Origin: a virus
DNA: 39,300 nt
UHGV virus genome: UHGV-0123126
Reading direction: 5' to 3' (one strand)
The notes beneath the pieces were generated by a model. The model was given only the letters and a program-made list of their open reading frames with translations. It was not told the origin of the DNA and did no database searches. Positions 25,482 to 34,891 of this stretch are shown here, one piece after another. Numbering within the stretch: the stretch's first letter is position 1; each line of letters opens with the position of its first letter. The translations under genes were made by a program, and so were the position numbers.

Positions 25482-25948
25482 TGTTGTTTTGCCTCCATAT
25501 GTTGATCGATTTGCTCATGTGTTTCTTTTGTTGTTTCTTCAAGCAACGCCGCATACACGTCAGTGATCGCTGTTTGTGATGTGGTGCTCTTCTTAACCAT
25601 GCTATTAATCGTTACACTGTCACGTTTTCGTTTTATAGTTCTGGCTTGTTTATTCCGTTCTTCAACCTCCTTAATGAGCGCGGTCATATCTTCGAAATAC
25701 AGAGATTCTCCTTTACGAATCTCTTCAACCATCATTTTTAACGCCTTGCATTTGCCTGCTTTGATAGCGGTTGCGCACGACTGGAAAGAAGTTCGAGGAA
25801 GACGGTTTTCTTTGAAGGCAAGAATGGTGTGCTGGCAAACGGAATAGCTGCAATATGCCGACTCACCGTTTATCTTTACTTCCTCACAACGAAGTGAATA
25901 ACCGTTATTTCCTGAAATAGAAGGGATTTTTGACAAATCAGCTTTCAC
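25478..25948 (-). CDS. Hypothetical Cys-containing protein upstream of the ligase (start uncertain)
   Basis: 156-aa track ORF, stop overlaps ligase start; no motif recognised. Confidence 0.4.
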   Translation of the reverse strand: MKADLSKIPSISGNNGYSLRCEEVKINGESAYCSYSVCQHTILAFKENRLPRTSFQSCATAIKAGKCKALKMMVEEIRKGESLYFEDMTALIKEVEERNKQARTIKRKRDSVTINSMVKKSTTSQTAITDVYAALLEETTKETHEQIDQHMEAKQQ

Positions 25949-26015
25949 AATTACCGCCAGAAATAATCCTGTGCTTACCTATCATTATTTGCGTAAAAAA
26001 CGACACACAGAGAGC

Positions 26016-26798
26016 TTACCAACTTCCCCAGCTAATCATCTTGCGCTGATCGCTTTCTAAGCGATAGGGGGCAAGAAGCTCTGTGACATGATTGGTGGCG
26101 TATGATTTGGCCTCTTGCTCTATCATCGGTAATTCGTTAGCAATCCTGACCATCTTCCCAGCAAATTCCGCCATTACGCCATCACATGCCTTCCCAGCAT
26201 CAATAACGATATGCACCAGATCCAACTGGCTTTTGCACATGTCGCAAAGAGTCGAATATTCGCTTTCCCTGATTAGGTTTACAGCATCATTAGCCCCTTT
26301 ATTAATCAAAACCTCCAACAGATTTGTCGGGGTGACGAAATCGGCTTTCAGAGACAATGTTGGTTCAGCTTTTACCGACAGCAAGTAATCTTCAAAGTTT
26401 TGCTTGTCTTCCAGCAAAGCTAAACTGCGCATAGCTCGAATTGATTCTCGAATGACGGCTTCAATATGTTCGTCACCTGGAGGACAGATAATGGTATCTG
26501 TATAGATGACTCTGCCATCAAACCACGCCCCAACCTGCACTTTTAGAGTTCGTAAGTTTTCTTTGCGTACAAAAACAACTAATGCAGAACGTCGTGCATG
26601 TGCAGGTTCGCCCCATACGCGCAACTTAACCTTCAGATAAGGTAGCCCCGGTAGCGGGATCTCGACCAAACGAGTGGCGATATGATCCATTGCCGTATTG
26701 ACGGCTTTTTCAATGATGTCTAGCCGATTGCTCTCGCTGATTTCTAAACCAGTTTTATCAATGATGTTGCAGGCTAATCTCTTAATTTCTTCTTTCAT
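26016..26798 (-). CDS. Hypothetical protein (260 aa)
   Basis: Long ORF, co-directional with the replication genes; no motif recognised. Confidence 0.5.
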   Translation of the reverse strand: MKEEIKRLACNIIDKTGLEISESNRLDIIEKAVNTAMDHIATRLVEIPLPGLPYLKVKLRVWGEPAHARRSALVVFVRKENLRTLKVQVGAWFDGRVIYTDTIICPPGDEHIEAVIRESIRAMRSLALLEDKQNFEDYLLSVKAEPTLSLKADFVTPTNLLEVLINKGANDAVNLIRESEYSTLCDMCKSQLDLVHIVIDAGKACDGVMAEFAGKMVRIANELPMIEQEAKSYATNHVTELLAPYRLESDQRKMISWGSW

Positions 26799-26839
26799 AC
26801 CAACTCCTAGCTAACAGATGGCAGTATTCTTACACACTA

Positions 26840-26859
26840 ATAAGTAATCATCTACTTAT
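26840..26859. promoter_or_regulatory. Palindrome ATAAGTA-ATCATC-TACTTAT in the divergent region between the 260-aa ORF and the Sel1 gene
   Basis: Perfect 7-bp arms; motif family member. Confidence 0.4.
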
Positions 26860-26979
26860 CTTTTCGGCGATTGGGTATGCTGACAGTTAAGCTAAATTGA
26901 AGTAATCTTACCAATCGGTGATTACAAAGCCTTACACCGAGTAGCCACAACCACCTAACCATCTTGTGAAAATCCAAAA

Positions 26980-28017
26980 ATGAAACATTTCAAACCAATA
27001 TCTTTCTTTATGTTGTCGCTATTACTTGTTTCGGGGAGTGCACATGCCTATGAAATACAAAAGCTGATCGATGCGGCAAAAGCAGGCGACGTTGAGTCAC
27101 AGAGTGCTTTAGGTATCGACTATATGAAAGGTATTCATGGTGTCGAAAAAAACTACGATGAAGCCAGAAAATGGCTTGAACTGGCGACTTCTAAGGGGAA
27201 CAAAGAAGCGTTTAATGCTCTAGGTATAATGTATGCCCTTGGGTATGGGGTTGATAAAAATTTCAAAAAGGCTGAGGAACTCTTTAAGAAAGCTGGTGAT
27301 GCAGCTGGAGGCAACTCTTATCACAATCTGGGTGTTATTTATCATAAAGGACTTGCGGGTAAGAAAGACCAAAAACTTTCCCTGAAATATCACAAACTTG
27401 CAGTAGAGGCTGGCGACCCTGAATCTGCGTCATATCTAGGACAGTTATATTATGTTGGCGCAGGCGTGCCAAAAAGCTACAAAAAGGCAATAGAGTATTA
27501 TAAAAAAGGAATCGAACTAGGCAGTGCATCTGCATTGGCGAATCTTGGCATTATGTATGAGTATGGTGAAGGGGTTAAAAAAGATTATAAAAAAGCAGCT
27601 GAGCTTTATCAGGCAGCTTGCGATAAAGAAGATAAAAATGGCTGTGATTACATTGCAGAACTAAAAGAAAGCGGTAAATACCAACCATCAGCAGCAAGAT
27701 CTAAAGCAAAATCCTCCACTCAGCGACTTATTGCTAAATCCATTGATAAAGGCGTTAACGCAACATTTACCTGGCAGGGTGATGATGCCACCTTCACCGC
27801 TAATGATGGCAAAATTGACTGCACTTTCCTAAAGGATTTTTCAGAGAAAGGAGGCAATCTGGCTACCTCGTTTGTTTGCACCGATAACGTTCAAATCATC
27901 CTGAAGCAATTCAGAGATACCAAGAATGCCTACCTCGCGGTAATGACTGACAACTTCAACACAGAAGTTAAATCATTTTCGGTCAATGTTTACGTGACTA
28001 ATACTGGTTCAAACTAG
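26980..28017 (+). CDS. Secreted Sel1-like repeat (TPR-like) protein with N-terminal signal peptide
   Basis: Signal peptide ending SGSAHA; repeated about 36-aa units with A-x-x-G-[VI]-x-Y and K-A-x-E-[LW]-[YF]-K-K-A spacing. Confidence 0.8.
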   Translation: MKHFKPISFFMLSLLLVSGSAHAYEIQKLIDAAKAGDVESQSALGIDYMKGIHGVEKNYDEARKWLELATSKGNKEAFNALGIMYALGYGVDKNFKKAEELFKKAGDAAGGNSYHNLGVIYHKGLAGKKDQKLSLKYHKLAVEAGDPESASYLGQLYYVGAGVPKSYKKAIEYYKKGIELGSASALANLGIMYEYGEGVKKDYKKAAELYQAACDKEDKNGCDYIAELKESGKYQPSAARSKAKSSTQRLIAKSIDKGVNATFTWQGDDATFTANDGKIDCTFLKDFSEKGGNLATSFVCTDNVQIILKQFRDTKNAYLAVMTDNFNTEVKSFSVNVYVTNTGSN

Positions 28018-29190
28018 TGCTGCAATGCCTTTCACCTTGCTTAAGAGTTCAAGCTGTCGTGAATAAGGTTTTGCGCAATAGTAGGCTTTGATAATCTGCC
28101 CCGGTGTCGCATCGCCGGGGTCGAGTCCTTCCTCGCCCAAACACGCAACTTTGACATTAAGGCCAATACTTGTGAGTCGCCTAGCTGCGGCCATAGTGTT
28201 GCGTATAGCTTGCTTTTCACTATCCCACATCATGATCACATTACGTAATCCACGCGCCTTGAGCGTCAGGAACGCGCCCAGCTGATCTTCTGCATCCTGA
28301 GTGGTGTTGCCAGATAGATGCATCCCGAACGTTCCTATTGGTTCCACGTAATCACGTAATGTTTCTTCGTCAAAAATAGCTCGTTTGACCCCCATAACAT
28401 CGAACGCCCCCTCACAGACAACTACCGTCTGTTTGCCGACTGCATTATGGCCGTTGTAGAGAAACTTACCTGAAGCTGGAAGCTGCACAGGAAAGAGGTA
28501 GCGACGTTCTGCTGTACCGGTAATGTCTCGTCCCTGAAATGTCTTCATTACCCCATCCAGATCGTAAACCGGTATCAGTATTCGCATATCGAATATCTGT
28601 CCTTTAACCTGATCTGTATACGGATCTACATAGGCGTGCTTGCCTTCGACGCAGTATCGTAGGTCAAAATACTTTGCCATTTCAGGCGATATGTTTCGTT
28701 CAACCAGATAGTCTGGAAGACGACCATCTATAGGAAGCTCGTAATGACGAGGGAGTGCAACTGGCCCCTCTAACTCGACTGTGCTTGCAAGCACTAGCTC
28801 TTCTTTCTTTGGTGCCCACCCCTGGGAAAGAAGGGCGTTCTGCACATATTCCTCGAACTGTCGTCGTGATTTGCCGCTGTAGTGCTTGAGGAAGACCAGC
28901 TTATTGAACTGAATCTCTTCGGGATGATCACCAGCGAAGCATTTACCGACGCCACTGGTCAGATTGAAATATACCTTCCAGTTGGAGCTGCCACATACCG
29001 GACACTCCTTGATATTCACTTCACGACCGCGAGTACTCACGCCTCCACGTCGATAAACGATACCTTCAGTATCCAACCATTGTTCAAAATCTAATTCGGT
29101 AATTAGCTCTTTCAGCTCGCTCACGATAATTCCACTTTTAACAGGCAATATTGTGACCAACCTAAATGTTGATATAACATAAAGGCTCAT
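28009..29190 (-). CDS. DNA primase (zinc-finger plus TOPRIM); start uncertain (track ORF begins at GTG 29262)
   Basis: Zinc ribbon CPVCGSSNW...KCFAG; TOPRIM-like VVVCEGAFDVMGV; ATG at 29188..29190 avoids the hairpin at 29241..29258. Confidence 0.75.
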   Translation of the reverse strand: MSLYVISTFRLVTILPVKSGIIVSELKELITELDFEQWLDTEGIVYRRGGVSTRGREVNIKECPVCGSSNWKVYFNLTSGVGKCFAGDHPEEIQFNKLVFLKHYSGKSRRQFEEYVQNALLSQGWAPKKEELVLASTVELEGPVALPRHYELPIDGRLPDYLVERNISPEMAKYFDLRYCVEGKHAYVDPYTDQVKGQIFDMRILIPVYDLDGVMKTFQGRDITGTAERRYLFPVQLPASGKFLYNGHNAVGKQTVVVCEGAFDVMGVKRAIFDEETLRDYVEPIGTFGMHLSGNTTQDAEDQLGAFLTLKARGLRNVIMMWDSEKQAIRNTMAAARRLTSIGLNVKVACLGEEGLDPGDATPGQIIKAYYCAKPYSRQLELLSKVKGIAALV

Positions 29191-29271
29191 GTGTTTTTCT
29201 TTTGTGGTTTGGCAAAAGAAAAGTTGTTTCACCAATGAATCAAGCGTGGAGGTGTTCTCCACGCTTATTTT

Positions 29272-30612
29272 TTAGGTAACGTCTAAGATTCGCTCAATGA
29301 AGCGCATTTGTTCGAGGTTTTGTTTAACGCGAATGCTGATCCCTCCCTGCTGGTTACGTGAACCAGCAAAGTAGAGACGAGCCTCTCCTTTCGCTTCTTC
29401 TTCTTCGGTTTTGTTGATCGTTATTACCAGGTCAGCAATACGTACTTTTTCGATGTTGTCGGCAGCGTGCATCATTGTGGCAACTTCTGACGCGCCACCT
29501 TCACGGTTTGTCTGCGATGCCGTGATCCCAGCAACGTTATGCTTGTCATAAAGAGCACGTAAATCGGTGTAGATACTACGAATGTTGGCGCGATCATCTC
29601 GAAGGTCATAACTGGCACGCATCAAATCTGCGTAGTCGACAACAACCATGTCAGGCACCATGCCGTTGGCTTTCATGCTGTTAAGCATACGGTCCAGATC
29701 TGCCGGTGACATACTTCCTGACGGACGCTCAACAACCCACAAACTACCAATACCCTTCGTAGCTCCCAACTCTGCCAACTTGCGATGAACTTCATCGCGC
29801 CGTTCCACCAACTTGGACATTTCCGTCTCCGACAATCTTGCATCAAAACGGTCGGATAAAATGGTGGTGTGAACCTCCAGCGAGAGATACAGAACATTGT
29901 AGCCAGCAAGTGTTGCGTTTATGGAAAACTCACCCATTGCGGTCGATTTACCGGATTTAGCGAACCCCATGAAGAGCACCATTTCGCGCTTTGCCCAGCC
30001 TTTTTGGTACAGCAACCTATCGAGAAGAGGGAGTCCAGTTGTAATACTGTTTGGTACATACTCCTCTGAAGCCTCATATTCACGCGCTTTCAATCGCTCA
30101 CTTGCGGAGGTGTAGTAGTCATAGATTCCGGTCGCTTCGTTCGATCCAATCTGCTGAACCTTGGCCATGATTGCCATCGCCCCGTGAAAGTCGCCTTTCT
30201 CTTTCAGTTCAGCAGCCTTAATCAGAGCATCATCAAACGCTACACTTTTTGCGAAGGTTGATACCTGGTCAACCATGTACGAGGTATCGGACAATTTTTC
30301 TGCAAGAATGCGCTTAAACGCAGCAACAACATCGGCGAATAGTTCCTCACGGATAGTCTTATCGCGTTTCGCACGCTTAAGCATATCCAGAATTGCAGAT
30401 GAAGAGGGCGCGCTCTTGTACATACGGTAATAGCCCGAAACCATATTAACCAATATGGCATTGGCCGCATTGGCAAATTGGCTAGGTACAACCAGATCTC
30501 CAGCACGAGTAAGAAACTCGTGATCACGACAAAAATAGGCCGTCAATCTGTTCTGAAAATCTTCATCAAACTCTTCGGACAGCCCGCGTCCTGTATGGCA
30601 AAGTTCGGTCAT
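29272..30612 (-). CDS. dnaB: Replicative DNA helicase, DnaB-like
   Basis: Walker A GFAKSGKST, RecA-fold C-terminal domain, 446 aa; directly upstream of the primase. Confidence 0.85.
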   Translation of the reverse strand: MTELCHTGRGLSEEFDEDFQNRLTAYFCRDHEFLTRAGDLVVPSQFANAANAILVNMVSGYYRMYKSAPSSSAILDMLKRAKRDKTIREELFADVVAAFKRILAEKLSDTSYMVDQVSTFAKSVAFDDALIKAAELKEKGDFHGAMAIMAKVQQIGSNEATGIYDYYTSASERLKAREYEASEEYVPNSITTGLPLLDRLLYQKGWAKREMVLFMGFAKSGKSTAMGEFSINATLAGYNVLYLSLEVHTTILSDRFDARLSETEMSKLVERRDEVHRKLAELGATKGIGSLWVVERPSGSMSPADLDRMLNSMKANGMVPDMVVVDYADLMRASYDLRDDRANIRSIYTDLRALYDKHNVAGITASQTNREGGASEVATMMHAADNIEKVRIADLVITINKTEEEEAKGEARLYFAGSRNQQGGISIRVKQNLEQMRFIERILDVT

Positions 30613-30655
30613 GTGCTTTCCTTTGTTTTTTAAACAAATTGTTTTCTAGTATTAG

Positions 30656-31396
30656 TTAATTAGATAGGGGATCAATAAACCGCCGTGCTTCTTCCAGTTC
30701 TTCTGGAAAGTGGGCGGAAATAAGGCGCTCTGGAACGATTTCCATTAGCCAGATAGCGGAGAAAATTGCGCGTATGCGCTTGCTGCGGGGGATGGTGCGT
30801 AAACGCTCCAGAATCCACTCAAAATAGCTTTCCTGAATCGGGTTGAACTGCATGTCTCCCATATGCTTAAAGCTAACGAGAGAGTCATCCAGACGGGTTG
30901 TTGCGCGTCTGGCTAATTTCTCTTCGAATATCTCAATCAGCTCTGGCTGCCATAAATGCTGTGGGCGCGGCAGCTTGTCCCACAGCCGTCGTGCAGCTGC
31001 GGAAAGAACGGTGGAGATAAAGTAGTCGTATGAGCAGCAATAGCGGTCAGCATACTGGCGTGCTTTCCATAGCGACGTTTTATTGGCAGTCGACAACTCC
31101 TGATAAGGCAGGCGTTTTAACCCGGTGGTGAACGGAGCTGTTTCAAAGTGTTCGCGACCGTGCGTCAGCATGATATTTGAGTACTGACGTTTGTATGCCT
31201 CCGTAAAAAGACAGGTGGCCATGAGAGGATGCATGTCGCGGTAATCAAACCACTTCGTCTCGAAGAGTTCAGCCTCGTCTTTACAGCGCGACAAACCAAT
31301 GTTTTCAGCGACCCACTTGTCCATAACAGCGGTATTCCACTCTGTCATGAAGTCGTACTGGTCGTTGTCGATGGTATCGAAAAAGATTTGGCTCAT
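30656..31396 (-). CDS. Hypothetical protein (about 246 aa from ATG 31394..31396; track ORF starts at GTG 31405)
   Basis: AGGTGA SD 7 nt before the ATG; conserved GGTAGGTAGTTACTTACTTATC upstream. Confidence 0.5.
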   Translation of the reverse strand: MSQIFFDTIDNDQYDFMTEWNTAVMDKWVAENIGLSRCKDEAELFETKWFDYRDMHPLMATCLFTEAYKRQYSNIMLTHGREHFETAPFTTGLKRLPYQELSTANKTSLWKARQYADRYCCSYDYFISTVLSAAARRLWDKLPRPQHLWQPELIEIFEEKLARRATTRLDDSLVSFKHMGDMQFNPIQESYFEWILERLRTIPRSKRIRAIFSAIWLMEIVPERLISAHFPEELEEARRFIDPLSN

Positions 31397-31678
31397 GTGG
31401 CTCACCTGGTAGGTAGTTACTTACTTATCACAATGAACGGATGATAGCGACTGGTGGCAGTTTTTGGAAGTGGAAACGGAAGGGAGTTGTTCTGGTGGTG
31501 TCTTTTAAAAGACCTGCTTCCGTATATATTTAATAAGTTACTTATTATTTATATATACAGAAGCAGGCATAACTTGTCGTCTTAGACGCCCAGAAGCTCT
31601 ACACTTTGAGCCTGTTAAATTGATTAAAAACTTATGTGTAAAATAGAACGCATTAGTCAGTAGCTAAGAGATGCAATA

Positions 31679-32446
31679 ATGGACGATTTATCGGTATACG
31701 CGAGATCATTGGATAAGGCTAAATACTATGTTTACTGTCTCTATGATACAGAAGACAAGATGAAAAGACCGTTTTACATAGGAAAAGGCAAATCGACTCG
31801 TTGTCTCGATCACATCAAGTATCCCGATGACTCTCCCAAATCCATGCGGATCAAAGAACTTTTGGCTAATAAAAAATTAGGCATAGATATTCTTCGTCAT
31901 GGTATGGATGAAACCACAGCCAAACTTGTTGAGGCGACATGCATCGACCTTATGGGGGTCGGAGAGCTTACGAATAAGGTACGAGGAAGTGGTTCCATGA
32001 TGGGCAGAATATCACTGGACGCCTACCATCACTTAGTGCTGCAAGAGGAAACTGAAATTGCTCCTGAGCACGCCGGTCTTGCCTTCCTGCTAAACAGCAC
32101 CTACAAGTCAGGAATGTCCGCTCTGGCATTATATGAAGCTACGCGTGGCGTATGGGCAAAGGTTCCAAGAGACGAGAATCTCAAATATGCCTACGCTACA
32201 TATGGTGGGCTAATAATGGAAGTTTATCAGATTGAATGCTGGGTCAAAGCCGGTTCTCAGCAGTACTTTACAAGGGATATAGCTCTTGGCCCCGACACAA
32301 AACGTTATGAATTTGTTGGCAGAATAGCCGATGAGCATATTAGAAAACTGTATGTAGGCAAATTAATCAAGAAGCCACCAAGCTACGGTAGCCCTTTTGT
32401 GAAGGTTGGGGTGGTTAGGACTGAACATAGTGTTAGCGCGGCATAA
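31679..32446 (+). CDS. GIY-YIG nuclease-domain protein with uncharacterised C-terminal domain
   Basis: N-terminal YYVYCLYD...PFYIGKGKSTR fits GIY-YIG; isolated plus-strand gene with strong terminator. Confidence 0.7.
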   Translation: MDDLSVYARSLDKAKYYVYCLYDTEDKMKRPFYIGKGKSTRCLDHIKYPDDSPKSMRIKELLANKKLGIDILRHGMDETTAKLVEATCIDLMGVGELTNKVRGSGSMMGRISLDAYHHLVLQEETEIAPEHAGLAFLLNSTYKSGMSALALYEATRGVWAKVPRDENLKYAYATYGGLIMEVYQIECWVKAGSQQYFTRDIALGPDTKRYEFVGRIADEHIRKLYVGKLIKKPPSYGSPFVKVGVVRTEHSVSAA

Positions 32447-32460
32447 AGCTGACACTGTAG

Positions 32461-32500
32461 TCATGCATTGGCGCAATGTACGCGCCAATGCATGATTTTT
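32461..32500. terminator. Strong rho-independent terminator: 14-bp stem TCATGCATTGGCGC / GCGCCAATGCATGA, 7-nt loop, TTTTT
   Basis: Perfect stem, T-run on plus strand after the GIY-YIG gene; also abuts the parG-like 3' end. Confidence 0.7.
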
Positions 32501-32858
32501 AACCTTTCTTCATCAACTCTCGTTTGATTTCATCGGTACGCATCGTGACATCGGCAGCGGTGATCGCCTCATTCAATTTCACGATGTCCTCGATTTCCTG
32601 CGGTGACTTCTCTGCCAGATGGAAAATGGCTGCTCGAATCACGTCAGAACGAGTGAACTTCTCGAAGCGAGGGATGAACTTCATCATCTCCAGCAGTTCG
32701 AAGTATTCGTCCTCCAGTGACATTGTGCGGCTTTTAATTTTCTCTTTGCCACGAGTCGGGCGTCCCTGTGGTCTGACTGGTTGGCGCAAAGGAGTTGTGT
32801 TCTTAGCCGGTGCATCAGGCTCTTTGCGCTTTGCTAGGTCACCCATTTTCATGGACAT
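32499..32858 (-). CDS. Small ParG-like partition/centromere-binding protein (basic N-terminal tail, possible ribbon-helix-helix)
   Basis: 119 aa, Lys/Arg/Pro-rich N-terminus then structured C-terminus; start overlaps parA stop (TAATG). Confidence 0.55.
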   Translation of the reverse strand: MSMKMGDLAKRKEPDAPAKNTTPLRQPVRPQGRPTRGKEKIKSRTMSLEDEYFELLEMMKFIPRFEKFTRSDVIRAAIFHLAEKSPQEIEDIVKLNEAITAADVTMRTDEIKRELMKKG

Positions 32859-33526
32859 TATTCTTCTTCCTCCAGACTCAACAGATAATCTACAAATTCT
32901 TCAAACTCGGCTTCCGCCTTTTTGTCGCGCTCGCTACCGGTCATTTCAAAGATAGAACGACCAGACTCTTCCGCATCATCATAGACGTTGCGGTTATATA
33001 GATTGACTGGCGCAGACTCGATGCCGAACGTCTCGACAATCTCTTTAGCCGCCAGAATGCGAGACACTTGTGATGGCAAAGCCGGGCACTGGTTCATGAC
33101 CGCGCGGACCTTCACTTTATCGTTTACATTGCGAACATTGTCGATAATAGGATCGATGTCACGTAAAGATTTCAAATCACGACGCTTAGGACGCAGCGGG
33201 ATAATGATAACGTCAGCCATCAGCATCGCTTGTCGCTGAATTTCGGAGTCGAAGCCACCAGCATCTACCACTACAAACTCAGCTCTACCCTGAAGCGATT
33301 TTAGGTGCTTAATGATGTCATCCTGAACGTATGCAAAAGGAATCAGCTCAAGGTCTTCGTTCTGTCGACGGTCTTCACACCAGCTCGTTGTCGTGCGCTG
33401 AATATCTATATCGGTAATATAAACCTTCTTCTTCTTTTTGACTTTCAGGCAAACGGCAATTTGCTGGGCAACGGTGGATTTGCCAGGCCCGCCCTTTGTG
33501 CCGCCAACCACAAAGATCTTGGTCAT
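32858..33526 (-). CDS. parA: ParA/Soj-family partition ATPase (deviant Walker A)
   Basis: VVGGTKGGPGKST deviant Walker A near N-terminus; 222 aa; followed by small basic protein. Confidence 0.85.
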   Translation of the reverse strand: MTKIFVVGGTKGGPGKSTVAQQIAVCLKVKKKKKVYITDIDIQRTTTSWCEDRRQNEDLELIPFAYVQDDIIKHLKSLQGRAEFVVVDAGGFDSEIQRQAMLMADVIIIPLRPKRRDLKSLRDIDPIIDNVRNVNDKVKVRAVMNQCPALPSQVSRILAAKEIVETFGIESAPVNLYNRNVYDDAEESGRSIFEMTGSERDKKAEAEFEEFVDYLLSLEEEE

Positions 33527-33844
33527 TGGAGAGTTCCCTTTGCGTATATAATTATCGTCTGAAACAACTTGTTTTCTTATATGTGATATAGCCTAAATGC
33601 CTACGGCTGCGGTGTAAAGGTTAAATGGTAGGTTGTGATTAACAATTGGCAATCATAGCTTGTATTTGTCTGTTGAAAAAAGTAACAATGACCTCTATAT
33701 TACAAGTACGGTGATATGCCGTACACAATTTGATAATGCACACGTAATGGGCTATAGCCTTTTAAAGTAATTTTTGAGTCGAAAACTCAGTTTGAACAGA
33801 GGAGATTGATGGCCTTCCTACATCACGGCCATCAGGAGGAATAC

Positions 33845-34114
33845 ATGTCAGCACTAAAAAAGCAGCGCATCGATTTGAGATTAACCGATGACGATAAAAG
33901 CATCATCGAGGAAGCTGCCGCAATGTCTAACCAGAGCATTACTCAGTTTATGGTTAGCAGTGCATCTGAACGTGCCGTGAAAGTTATAGAGCAACACCGT
34001 AGACTAGTTCTGAATGAAGAATCCTGGAATCTGGTTATGGACGCTATAAGCAATCCTCCGGCACCGAACGACAAGCTGAAACGAGCTGCTGATCGTCTGA
34101 AAAGCATGGAGTAG
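33845..34114 (+). CDS. TacA-type (DUF1778-like) antitoxin of a GNAT toxin-antitoxin pair
   Basis: 89 aa from ATG 33845 with AGGAGGA SD; MSALKKQRIDLRLTDDDKSIIEEAA...; 7 nt before the GNAT toxin gene. Confidence 0.8.
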   Translation: MSALKKQRIDLRLTDDDKSIIEEAAAMSNQSITQFMVSSASERAVKVIEQHRRLVLNEESWNLVMDAISNPPAPNDKLKRAADRLKSME

Positions 34115-34121
34115 TTTACTC

Positions 34122-34643
34122 GTGAGCAATACAACGATAGAGATTTTCTCTGGAGAGAAAGATTATGATCTAAACGGTTTTGATTGCGGCGAAGAGTCAC
34201 TAAACGCCTTTTTAGCCAACCACTTAAAAAGGCAGCATGAGGGAAAAATTCTTCGTGCTTATGTGCTTTGCACTCAAGAAGAAAGGCCAAAAGTGTTAGG
34301 ATATTACACTTTGTCAGGTAGTTGTTTTGAAAAGGAGTCCTTACCTTCAAGAAGCAAACAAAAGAAGGTTCCTTATCGGAATGTTCCAAGTGTTACTTTG
34401 GGTAGGCTGGCTTTGGACAAGTCCCTTCAAGGTCAAGGATTTGGCTCAATGCTTGTAACACATGCAATGCGCGTTGTGTACAATGCATCTCTTGCTGTAG
34501 GCATTCATGGACTTTTCGTTGAGGCGTTAAATGACAAAGCCAAGGCGTTTTATAAAAGTTTAGGCTTTATCCAGCTGGTTGGTAACAACGAGCGTTCTTT
34601 GTTCTATCCTACAAAATCTATCGAAAAATTGTTCGAAGAATAA
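34122..34643 (+). CDS. GNAT-family acetyltransferase toxin (TacT/AtaT/KacT-like)
   Basis: 173 aa, GTG start; FDCGEESLNAFL, ILRAYVLC, YYTLSGSCF, QGQGFGSMLV match AtaT-type toxins as recalled from memory. Confidence 0.85.
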   Translation: MSNTTIEIFSGEKDYDLNGFDCGEESLNAFLANHLKRQHEGKILRAYVLCTQEERPKVLGYYTLSGSCFEKESLPSRSKQKKVPYRNVPSVTLGRLALDKSLQGQGFGSMLVTHAMRVVYNASLAVGIHGLFVEALNDKAKAFYKSLGFIQLVGNNERSLFYPTKSIEKLFEE

Positions 34644-34675
34644 TGTGTTCCCCTCATTTGAGGGGAACTTCGACA

Positions 34676-34891
34676 TCACCAACCACAAACCCTCTCTCCC
34701 ATCGTATTGTGAAAAAGGATTTGGCGTTCGGTTTCTTCAGTCATTACATCATTATTGCTGATATAGATAGGCTCAGCCCCATCGCAGAACAACACGCTGG
34801 CTGTTTGTGGTTTAATGACGCACCCACTTATCATACAACTCACGATGAACGGCAGAAGCATCTTTCTGACGTATTTTACTGCTCGTCTCAT
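34676..34891 (-). CDS. Putative o-spanin (outer-membrane lipoprotein, Rz1-like), overlapping the i-spanin
   Basis: Lipobox ISGC after hydrophobic segment; embedded in an alternate frame overlapping the 3' end of 34812..35063. Confidence 0.5.
   Translation of the reverse strand: MRRAVKYVRKMLLPFIVSCMISGCVIKPQTASVLFCDGAEPIYISNNDVMTEETERQILFHNTMGERVCGW

Noticed and set aside
29241-29266. Hairpin AGCGTGGAG-GTGTT-CTCCACGCT plus T-run as terminator between helicase and primase
   Set aside because: The T-run follows on the plus strand while both flanking genes are minus-strand; more likely an intergenic structure or antisense terminator. It argues against the GTG at 29262 as primase start, so the ATG at 29188..29190 was used.
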